Shown here: piece after piece, positions 17,576 to 25,313 of the stretch
Numbering within the stretch: the first letter of the stretch is position 1
Layout of the letters: every line of letters begins with the position of its first letter
Source of the DNA: a virus
Taxonomy: Duplodnaviria; Caudoviricetes
DNA length: 26,125 bases
Direction: 5' to 3' (one strand)
Virus record (IMG/VR): IMGVR_UViG_3300025382_000784
Span: 1 to 26,125 of that record
Notes under the pieces: generated by a model
Databases searched by the model: none
What the model was told of the DNA's origin: nothing
Seen by the model: the letters and a program-made list of their open reading frames with translations, nothing else
Translations under genes and position numbers: made by a program

Positions 17576-18346
17576 ATGAAAATAAAAATAATAGCAGTAG
17601 CCACAGCAATGATCTTGGCACAAACTGCATGGTCACAAACAGCGCCAACAGCGCCAACAGCAACAGTTATACCAGCGGCCGTACAAGCCACTGATGCTAA
17701 TTTTGTCGCAGGCGTAACAACGGCATTAAGCAATGCTACAACCAACATTGTTTACTTACAGCAAAGTGGTAGCACTCCAACTGTAAGTATTACACAAGAT
17801 GGCAACAGCAATAAAATCGGTTATGGTAACGGAACAGCTAACCCTGTTATGTTGAATGGTAGTAATCAAACTGTAAATATTATTCAATCAGGAAATTTGA
17901 ATAGTGTAAACACTTTGACATTGACCACAACTAGTGGTAGTAGCACAGTAAGCCTATTACAAAACGGCAATAGTAATTCAGCAAACATTACTTGTGTTAC
18001 ATGTAACGCATTTGAAGCTAACTGGCAATTTACTGGTAATAGCAATACACTAAACTTCCAAGGCAACGGTGCTAACTTAATCAGTGGTGCTAATGTTCAA
18101 GGAAACGGCAATACTATTAACAGCTTAATGACTGGTGACGGACATCAACAGTTAGTAGATGTTAGCGGTAACAACAACACAATCAACTTAACACAAACTA
18201 GCGCAACCGCTAGCAGTATTAATTTGGCTCAAACTGGTACAGGCACTACTTTTAATATCAGTCAAACAGGCACATATAGTAACGTAGCAAATATTCAAGC
18301 AACTGCTAACGGCGGTAGTTTTAATATTACACAACATAGTCACTAA
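17576..18346 (+). CDS. Secreted curlin-like repeat protein
   Basis: Signal peptide; repeated QxGxxN / xxGxxN units (TQDGNSN, IQSGNLN, LQNGNSN, SQTGTYSN). Confidence 0.8.
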   Translation: MKIKIIAVATAMILAQTAWSQTAPTAPTATVIPAAVQATDANFVAGVTTALSNATTNIVYLQQSGSTPTVSITQDGNSNKIGYGNGTANPVMLNGSNQTVNIIQSGNLNSVNTLTLTTTSGSSTVSLLQNGNSNSANITCVTCNAFEANWQFTGNSNTLNFQGNGANLISGANVQGNGNTINSLMTGDGHQQLVDVSGNNNTINLTQTSATASSINLAQTGTGTTFNISQTGTYSNVANIQATANGGSFNITQHSH

Positions 18347-18355
18347 GGAGTAGCT

Positions 18356-19534
18356 GTGAAATGTTTTGCCCTTTCATTGTTGTTAGTCGCAACAGCGGCT
18401 GTGGCGGACATTGGTTCGGTAACGGATGTCACTGGAATTGCCATTATTAAACGTGGCAGTTCCAGTGTCGTTGTTTCGAAAGGTACTCTGGTGGAAATGA
18501 ATGATCGAGTAGAGGCAAAAGCAGGCGAAGTAAAGATAGTATTCAAAGACGATACAACCGTGCGAGTAACGGCAAGTAGCGCATTAGTCATAGACGATTT
18601 CGTTTACGATCCTAAAACTAAAGGTGGTAAACTTGGCCTTAAGGCCGCGGAAGGCACAGTACGTTATGTGTCTGGTAATATTGCTCACAATAATCCAAAT
18701 AGTGTGAACATCAAGACCCCCACAGCCGCTATTGCGGTTCGTGGGACCGATTTTGTTATGGCGGTTGGCGAAACAGGTGCAAGTACTGTTATTCTTATGC
18801 CAACTTGTGAAATAGAACATAACATTAATTTAAAAGGCTTAATCTGCGGTAGTGGTGCTATTGATGTACAATCAGGCGGGCACATTATACACATGACTAA
18901 ACCTTATGAAGCGGCAATGGTAATGAATCAAGACGATGCACCAATGGGCCCGGTAGTTGTTGACCTAGGCGGCGCTCCTATTGGTAATAACTTGATGATA
19001 ACTCCACCTAAGACCCCAACTGGTATGACTATTCAGCAGGCCGCAAGAAGTGCCGCTGAAAAAACAGGTGATGTTAGAAAGAAAGAAAGTGTAGATAAAA
19101 AAGAAGATAACAAACAAGCACAAGGCTCTGAAAATAACAATCCAACTAGTGGTGAAGCGGCCGCACAACAACAGCAACAACAACGTGAACAACAAGCACA
19201 GTCTAGTGAACAACAGCAACAAGAACAAGCGGCTTTGTTAAACAAAGTTATTGATACTAGTGCTCTTAAAGCCGCAGGTGTAAATGTTAGCAATGCCGCC
19301 AGCGGTGATCCTAATGTATTTGAAATACACAAAGACAACAACGCCACATTACAGCAATTAGGTTGGGGATATGCTAGTTTGAGTGCTAACGGTCATAATT
19401 ATGCTAACATAGCATTACCAACAGACAGCCAAGTGCTAGTGATTGTAACACAAGATCGTGTTACTGATGCTTATAATTTTTCTAGTAGTACTAAGGCATA
19501 TGGTAGCATAATAATCAATCAGAGTTACAAATGA
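18356..19534 (+). CDS. Secreted FecR-domain protein with Gln-rich linker
   Basis: GTG start after AAGGAG; signal peptide; IGSVTDVTG, IVFKDDTTVRV, LVIDDFVYDP, IKTPTAAIAVRGTDF. Confidence 0.88.
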   Translation: MKCFALSLLLVATAAVADIGSVTDVTGIAIIKRGSSSVVVSKGTLVEMNDRVEAKAGEVKIVFKDDTTVRVTASSALVIDDFVYDPKTKGGKLGLKAAEGTVRYVSGNIAHNNPNSVNIKTPTAAIAVRGTDFVMAVGETGASTVILMPTCEIEHNINLKGLICGSGAIDVQSGGHIIHMTKPYEAAMVMNQDDAPMGPVVVDLGGAPIGNNLMITPPKTPTGMTIQQAARSAAEKTGDVRKKESVDKKEDNKQAQGSENNNPTSGEAAAQQQQQQREQQAQSSEQQQQEQAALLNKVIDTSALKAAGVNVSNAASGDPNVFEIHKDNNATLQQLGWGYASLSANGHNYANIALPTDSQVLVIVTQDRVTDAYNFSSSTKAYGSIIINQSYK

Positions 19535-21585
19535 AACGTTTTTTAATTTGTTTATTCTCTTTAATAGGAATTCATTTCAGCGCCTATAGTCAAGCAGGCG
19601 ATCTTCCTGCTGGATACTTGGGTAGTGTTCTAAATTATTCATACGGAACACAACCATACAATTATTCATTTACTCCTACAACTTCGGGAGTAGACTATGT
19701 GGGATTTGCTTTTAGACAAGATCCAGGATTTTGGACATTTACTAATCCAGATGTAACCGCAGGCAATAGCTCTACTAATTTATTAATTAACGGCAACTTA
19801 CAATACGGCGGTGGTTTGTCAGTAAACACTACAAATTATGGAACACAGTATATTCAAGCACCTAGTGATTGGGGAGTATGGTATCAAAATGGAACATACC
19901 CTAGTGCGGCAGGTAGTTGGAGTCCCGGTCAATGGTACGATGGTGCTGTAGGTTCGTACGATGGTATCTATCAAGGTATAAATGTAACAGCTGGTACAAC
20001 TTATCATATTAGTTTTAGTTTGTCAGGAACTAATCCTAGTAGTAATCCTAGTATTGAAGTAGGAACTTATATGGGTACTTGCGCGGCCGGTACAAGCATT
20101 TTTACTTGTGTGCCAAATACAAGTGCCAGTATGAGTGCGATTGCGGCGCCACAAGCAACACAATCAGTAGGCGGCGCTCCTGCTCCTGTAGTTCCTGTTG
20201 CACCACCTAGTGTTGCATTTACAGATTTGAAATTCAGTGGCAATCAAATCGCCGACACACAATGGAACGTGGGATCATGTACTAATGCTGGCGGAACTAA
20301 TTGTCAAATTTACAGTAAGAATCCTGGCCCAACCTGGAACACAGGTAGTCCAGTATATCCAACAAGTACACAATATATTGCCTTTACTGCTACTGGCGAC
20401 TCAACCAATCCTTGGCACATGTGGTTATACAATAGTGATGGAAGCGTAGCAAGAGATTTAGGTGTAGGACATATATTAAGTCAAGGTTTAGGCAGTGACG
20501 GACATCATTATTTCTTTTTTAGTAATGCCAATTTTAATGGAACATTGTTTAGTACAGATTGGGGTATGAACAACACAGCTGGCGTTACTATTAACGGAAC
20601 TAATAGTCCTACCGTAGCACAAACTAATGACTTTGCCAGCACAGGATCTACAACACCATTAGCCGCAGGTGCAACTGGTGGTAGCGGAAGTTCTGCACCT
20701 ACTGTTACTGGTACAACTACTTCAAATACAACAACTACAAGTTCAAGTGATGGTGCTACAACTACTACTAACAATAACTACACTTTTGGCGGACAAAATT
20801 ATACAGTAACAGGAACTAGCACACCTACTACAACAACAGTAACAGTAACTCCTATAACTACTACAACATATAGTGATGGGTCGACAACTACTACTCCTGG
20901 TACAACTACAACAACATCAACTACTACTTGGAATTATACAGTAACTGGCCCAGCTAATGGTCCAACTAGTCCTTATGCTGGAACTAATACTAATGGAGTT
21001 TATATAACACAGTCTACTGGTAGTAGTAATACAGTCAGTGCTTATCAAAGTGGGCATGGCAATTATGAAAGTATCAATTTATCAGGTACTGGTAATACTA
21101 TAAATGCTGGGCAAGGATACACATTTAATACCATTGGTATTGCTAGTGAATCGTTAACAGTTAGCAATTACAATGTCTTAGGATTATCAGTTACTGGCAA
21201 CAGTAATAATGTTACAACTACACAATTAGGTACAGCTAATAGTGCAATTATAAATGTTGCAGGTGGAACTAATACTATAACTGTTGCACAAAATGGCAAC
21301 AACAATCAAGAGTACAATATTATCAATGGTTCAGGCAATGCACTATCAGTTAGTCAAACTGGCAACAATCATATTGTTGCGGTTAACTTATATGGCAACA
21401 GTAATGTGGCCAGTGTATCACAAACAGGACCAGCCGCAATGGGTGCTGTACTGAGTTTGACAAACGCCGGCGGACCTAACAACATTACTGTGTCGCAAAC
21501 TGGATCAACTAGCCAAAATTTTAGCCTACAACAAACTTGTACGAATGGTGCAGGTTGTAACGCAACTGTAACACAAGGTCATTAA
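19531..21585 (+). CDS. Large secreted protein: aromatic-rich beta domains, Thr-rich linker, C-terminal curlin repeats
   Basis: Signal peptide; Trp/Tyr-rich N-terminal domains; poly-Thr linker; YQSGHGN, TQLGTAN, AQNGNNN, SQTGNNH repeats; ends CTNGAGCNATVTQGH. Confidence 0.8.
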   Translation: MKRFLICLFSLIGIHFSAYSQAGDLPAGYLGSVLNYSYGTQPYNYSFTPTTSGVDYVGFAFRQDPGFWTFTNPDVTAGNSSTNLLINGNLQYGGGLSVNTTNYGTQYIQAPSDWGVWYQNGTYPSAAGSWSPGQWYDGAVGSYDGIYQGINVTAGTTYHISFSLSGTNPSSNPSIEVGTYMGTCAAGTSIFTCVPNTSASMSAIAAPQATQSVGGAPAPVVPVAPPSVAFTDLKFSGNQIADTQWNVGSCTNAGGTNCQIYSKNPGPTWNTGSPVYPTSTQYIAFTATGDSTNPWHMWLYNSDGSVARDLGVGHILSQGLGSDGHHYFFFSNANFNGTLFSTDWGMNNTAGVTINGTNSPTVAQTNDFASTGSTTPLAAGATGGSGSSAPTVTGTTTSNTTTTSSSDGATTTTNNNYTFGGQNYTVTGTSTPTTTTVTVTPITTTTYSDGSTTTTPGTTTTTSTTTWNYTVTGPANGPTSPYAGTNTNGVYITQSTGSSNTVSAYQSGHGNYESINLSGTGNTINAGQGYTFNTIGIASESLTVSNYNVLGLSVTGNSNNVTTTQLGTANSAIINVAGGTNTITVAQNGNNNQEYNIINGSGNALSVSQTGNNHIVAVNLYGNSNVASVSQTGPAAMGAVLSLTNAGGPNNITVSQTGSTSQNFSLQQTCTNGAGCNATVTQGH

Positions 21586-21603
21586 CAAAATTATAAATAC
21601 AGT

Positions 21604-21666
21604 ACGGGCACAAGATAAGGTGTCGTGGGAATCCGTAATCCACAGAGGACCCTTGGTCCTTTTTTT
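21604..21666 (+). ncRNA. Candidate small RNA (about 60 nt, three hairpins)
   Basis: Lies between TATAAATA 21592-21599 and an intrinsic terminator; no ORF. Confidence 0.4.
21646..21666 (+). terminator. Intrinsic terminator
   Basis: AGGACC-CTT-GGTCCT followed by a T run. Confidence 0.85.
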
Positions 21667-21698
21667 ATGACTAAATATTTGTCAAGGAGGAACTTGCC

Positions 21699-21857
21699 AT
21701 GAAACAATCGAAATTAGTTCGTAAGTTGTACAAGGCCTGCTTCCGACACGATGAAGATGCAATTATGGAACTTCGCAAAGAAGAATTCCGTAAGATACTA
21801 AAGCACCGCGCCGAAGGTAAGCCATTTGATACAAAATGGACGGTGGTTAGGATTTAA
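21699..21857 (+). CDS. Small basic hypothetical protein (52 aa, absent from ORF track)
   Basis: [20 protein letters not shown]...KWTVVRI*; AAGGAGG RBS 21684-21690; TAAATA 21672-21677. Confidence 0.75.
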   Translation: MKQSKLVRKLYKACFRHDEDAIMELRKEEFRKILKHRAEGKPFDTKWTVVRI

Positions 21858-21869
21858 TAAATCTGTAAC
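21852..21869 (+). promoter_or_regulatory. Putative Pho box
   Basis: ATTTAAT-AAAT-CTGTAAC versus consensus CTGTCAT-A(A/T)A(T/A)-CTGT(C/A)A(C/T); GATACT -10-like hexamer 11 nt downstream. Confidence 0.45.
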
Positions 21870-21900
21870 ATAAGCACTCGGATACTGCGATAAATATTGG

Positions 21901-22680
21901 ATGACACCGAAAACTTATCGCAGTATTTTTATTTCTGATGTACACCTCGGCACACGTGACTCACAAGCGGCCAAGCTCAACAACTTTCTTAAACACAACA
22001 CCTGCGAAACACTATATCTTGTAGGAGATATCATTGATGCGTGGAAAATCCAACAAAACAAATGGCGATGGAAACAAGCGCACACCAACGTTGTTCGACG
22101 TGTGTTGGGTCACGCTAAACGTGGTACTCGTGTTGTATATGTTGCTGGTAATCATGATGAGTTCTTAAGACCGATGATACCATATGGATTTAGTTTTGGG
22201 CTTGTTGAAATACATAATCAAACAGACCACATTGGTGCAGACGGTAAACATTATCTTGTTACACACGGCGATTTATTTGATGGTATTACTCGTCTTGCTC
22301 CGTGGCTTGCATTTCTAGGTGACAAGTTATACGATCTAGTATTAGAATGGAACAGCAAGTTTAACTGGATACGCCACAAGTTAGGTTTTGGATATTGGAG
22401 TCTTAGTAAATATCTCAAGCATAAAGTTAAGAAGGCCAGTGACTTTATGTTTCAATTCGAAAACAACATAGCACGTTACTGTAAGAAACGAGGGTTCGAT
22501 GGTGTAATATGCGGACATATACATCACGCAGAAATCAAAACAATAGATGGCGTCATTTATATGAATGATGGCGACTGGGTTGAAAGTTGTACAGCACTAG
22601 TTGAGCATCATGATGGTCAATGGGAAATAATTACATGGACACGAGAAAATGACAAAGACGATACTGATAATAACGGATAA
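21901..22680 (+). CDS. Metallophosphoesterase, PlcP/LpxH2-like phospholipase C
   Basis: ISDVHLG, LVGDIID, GNHDE, THGD, CGHIH, NDGDWVES; paired with GT4. Confidence 0.9.
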   Translation: MTPKTYRSIFISDVHLGTRDSQAAKLNNFLKHNTCETLYLVGDIIDAWKIQQNKWRWKQAHTNVVRRVLGHAKRGTRVVYVAGNHDEFLRPMIPYGFSFGLVEIHNQTDHIGADGKHYLVTHGDLFDGITRLAPWLAFLGDKLYDLVLEWNSKFNWIRHKLGFGYWSLSKYLKHKVKKASDFMFQFENNIARYCKKRGFDGVICGHIHHAEIKTIDGVIYMNDGDWVESCTALVEHHDGQWEIITWTRENDKDDTDNNG

Positions 22681-23647
22681 TCTTCCGGATCAAATAAATG
22701 GCGTTGTCACTACGTACAAAAATATTGAAGCGTGTGCGCTTCTGGACGGTTATAACGTTGTTTTTCTTCATCCCGGGTGGTTCAGCTATATTGATTGCCC
22801 TGGCTACAACGAAGTCAAGATTAGCTATCCCAGGAATATGGGCAAGAAGATTGCGTCGGTCAATCCGGATTATATCCATATCGCCACAGAGGGTCCTCTT
22901 GGCATGTGGGCTAGAGCATATCTTTCATTGGCTGATATTCCTCACAATACCGCTTATCACACTAAGTTTCCTGAAGGGCTCAAAAAGTTATTTGGAATAC
23001 CTGAGTCATTTACTTGGCGTTTTGTACGTTGGTTTCATAAACATAGTGGCAAAGTTTTAACAACGACTGACAGCATGGTTGCTGAATTAAAGGCACACGG
23101 ATTTAGTGGTGAAGTTATTCCTTGGACACGAGGTGTTGATCGTACAATATTCACCCCTAATCTAAGAGAACAAGTTCCGGCAAAATACTTATTGTGTGTT
23201 AGCCGTGTTAGTAAAGAAAAGAATTTAGAAAAGTTCTTTGAATTAGATTATCCTGGATACTTAAAAATTATGGTAGGAGATGGTCCTATGCTAGAAACTT
23301 ATAAGAAACGATATCCTGATGTACATTTTACGGGATTCAAGACAGGAGTTGATCTAGCCAAATATTACGCTAACGCAGAAGCGTTTGTATTTCCTAGTCA
23401 ATGGGAAACATTTGGCATTGTTATGATAGAAGCAATGGCTTGCGGAACTCCTGTTGCGGCTTATCCTTGCCAAGGGCCTGAGGATGTTGTTGATCAAGGC
23501 ATAACAGGATTTATGAATGATAGTTTAGAAGATGCTGTTACAGCTTGTTTACAACTAGATAGAAATCGTGTATATGAAGGAAGCCTGCGCTGGACTTGGG
23601 AAGCCGCTTGGGCAATATTTAGGGACAATTTGATTCCGGCTAAATAG
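22649..23647 (+). CDS. GT4 glycosyltransferase, Agt-like glycolipid synthase
   Basis: QINGVVTT, HIATEGPLG, YHTKFPE, RGVD, RVSKEKN, VFPSQWETFGIVMIEAMACGTPVAA. Confidence 0.9.
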   Translation: MTKTILIITDNLPDQINGVVTTYKNIEACALLDGYNVVFLHPGWFSYIDCPGYNEVKISYPRNMGKKIASVNPDYIHIATEGPLGMWARAYLSLADIPHNTAYHTKFPEGLKKLFGIPESFTWRFVRWFHKHSGKVLTTTDSMVAELKAHGFSGEVIPWTRGVDRTIFTPNLREQVPAKYLLCVSRVSKEKNLEKFFELDYPGYLKIMVGDGPMLETYKKRYPDVHFTGFKTGVDLAKYYANAEAFVFPSQWETFGIVMIEAMACGTPVAAYPCQGPEDVVDQGITGFMNDSLEDAVTACLQLDRNRVYEGSLRWTWEAAWAIFRDNLIPAK

Positions 23648-23670
23648 TAGCACTTAATGAAAGGGCTACT

Positions 23671-23817
23671 ATGTTTGCATTGTATTTTGTAGGTGCCGGC
23701 TTCTTTACTGTGTTCGGATGGAACGCAGGTCAAATAGTGTGGGACAAATGGATCGATCCTCCCGCAATTGAACAACCAGCAGTAAAAAATGACAGAAAAG
23801 AAAAAAACGTGGATTGA
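23671..23817 (+). CDS. Small hydrophobic protein (48 aa, absent from ORF track)
   Basis: MFALYFVGAGFFTVFGWNAGQIVWDKW...; AAGGG RBS-like; TAAATA 23641-23646. Confidence 0.55.
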   Translation: MFALYFVGAGFFTVFGWNAGQIVWDKWIDPPAIEQPAVKNDRKEKNVD

Positions 23818-23905
23818 TCACTACGAGAGAATAGTAGACAATGTATTACGTATATTGTGGCTAGTGTTACTCTTAGGATGGTTAATTAACAATCACCAAC
23901 TATGA
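23789..23905 (+). CDS. Small single-TM protein (38 aa, absent from ORF track)
   Basis: MTEKKKTWIDHYERIVDNVLRILWLVLLLGWLINNHQL*; ATGA overlap with next gene. Confidence 0.5.
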   Translation: MTEKKKTWIDHYERIVDNVLRILWLVLLLGWLINNHQL

Positions 23906-24546
23906 AAAAAACTATCGCTTTATTCATTGCTGATCCTAAGTGTTCAGTACAAAGCGCAAACGGTATAATGAAAGCCTTAGGCAGTCGTTATAATTTTAAG
24001 ATTTTTAGTAAAAATCCTGTAGAAGATAATTTCTTCAATCATGTAGATTTAATTGCTGTACCTGGAGGATTTGGGGATAGTGATAGTTACGACAGTTTGT
24101 TTCGTCATAACGGACAAAATGTAAAACATTTTGTACAGAATGGCGGCAAGTATTTAGGTATCTGTATGGGCGCCTATTGGGCAGGAAGCCATTACTTGAA
24201 TCTATTAGACGGAGTAGACGCAGAACAATATCTAAAAAGACCCGGAGCAGATACTCGACGTCCACATGCTAAAAATATAGCAATAACTTGGCGTAATAAA
24301 CCTATGAATATGTTTTGGTATGATGGCTGTGCATTAGTGGGAAACAAATCCAAATTTGAAATAGTAGCTACCTATGCTAATGGTGATGCTATGGCTATTA
24401 TACAACGTAACATAGGACTAATAGGTTGTCATCCAGAAAGTGAAAAATTTTGGTATGATAGTTATACATGGATGCGTAAGCATTGGCATGATGGACAACA
24501 TCACGCATTACTTCTAGAGTTTGTAGACCAGTTAATGCACAGATAA
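23902..24546 (+). CDS. Class I glutamine amidotransferase-like (BPL_N) protein
   Basis: VPGG, GGKYLGICMGAY nucleophile elbow, GCHPE; Cys-His-Glu triad intact. Confidence 0.85.
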   Translation: MKKTIALFIADPKCSVQSANGIMKALGSRYNFKIFSKNPVEDNFFNHVDLIAVPGGFGDSDSYDSLFRHNGQNVKHFVQNGGKYLGICMGAYWAGSHYLNLLDGVDAEQYLKRPGADTRRPHAKNIAITWRNKPMNMFWYDGCALVGNKSKFEIVATYANGDAMAIIQRNIGLIGCHPESEKFWYDSYTWMRKHWHDGQHHALLLEFVDQLMHR

Positions 24547-24554
24547 ATATTTGC

Positions 24555-25313
24555 ATGAGAGCAACAGAATTCCTTCCCGAACTATTCGACCCTAAACATG
24601 TCCAACCCATAGAGTGGGACGACGATAATCACGCTCGAGCAAAACTAGGCGAAAAAACCATACATATTACATTCTTTGAAACAGGCGGACATGCATACCT
24701 TGAATTTAGTGTTGACCATGAGTTTCAAGTAACTGGCCGAGGTGACGCAAACGCAGTCTTTGCCACCGTTATACAAGCAGTAAAAGAATACGTGGCAAAA
24801 TGGAAGGGTGTACATACTATAACATTTAATGCTAGCGAAAAAAGTCGTGCAAGAATGTACGATGCACTAGCCAAACGTGTAAGCGCACAGTTGGGCTGGC
24901 ATGTAGTTCCTTACGAGGAGATGATGGCCGATCCTAAATATGAAAATATTAGAAAACATGGCGGCTATACATTTGCTATTGAGAAAGGTGCGGCACCTGA
25001 ACATAGACAATCTGCACAAAAGCCACAGCATGAAAAGTTCAAAGACATTTGGTATATAGGTAGTTTGGAAGATACAACTTTACCTGTGTATAAAATAACT
25101 GGTGGTAAAGGTTGGGAAGCTGAACAAATGGTTTTGCGTACCAAACCAGAATATAAAGGTTTCCATCCTATGGGTATGTATAGTAGACATACTCCTCCCA
25201 AGGGACAACAGATTATTGACTTAGGTGATTATAAACCACCGTATAAAGCACCACCGCAAGATCCTAATAGTTTAGGCGCAAAGTTAAGAGCAAAACTGGA
25301 CTTGCCACAATGA
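24555..25313 (+). CDS. Hypothetical protein, candidate head-packaged protein
   Basis: 252 aa; begins MRATEFLPE; TAAATA 24544-24549 directly upstream. Confidence 0.7.
   Translation: MRATEFLPELFDPKHVQPIEWDDDNHARAKLGEKTIHITFFETGGHAYLEFSVDHEFQVTGRGDANAVFATVIQAVKEYVAKWKGVHTITFNASEKSRARMYDALAKRVSAQLGWHVVPYEEMMADPKYENIRKHGGYTFAIEKGAAPEHRQSAQKPQHEKFKDIWYIGSLEDTTLPVYKITGGKGWEAEQMVLRTKPEYKGFHPMGMYSRHTPPKGQQIIDLGDYKPPYKAPPQDPNSLGAKLRAKLDLPQ

Noticed and set aside
19160-20935. CAA/ACA/ACT-rich stretches as a CRISPR or DNA repeat array
   Set aside because: They are low-complexity codons for poly-Gln and poly-Thr linkers; no repeat-spacer structure
21901-22680. Call as lipid A enzyme lpxH
   Set aside because: GNHD rather than GNRD motif and pairing with a GT4 fit PlcP-like enzymes better; symbol withheld
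900-25201. All minus-strand ORFs and nested alternate-frame plus-strand ORFs in the track (e.g. 1285, 3609, 7000, 20237, 22698)
   Set aside because: They shadow well-supported + strand genes and show no recognisable motifs or RBS
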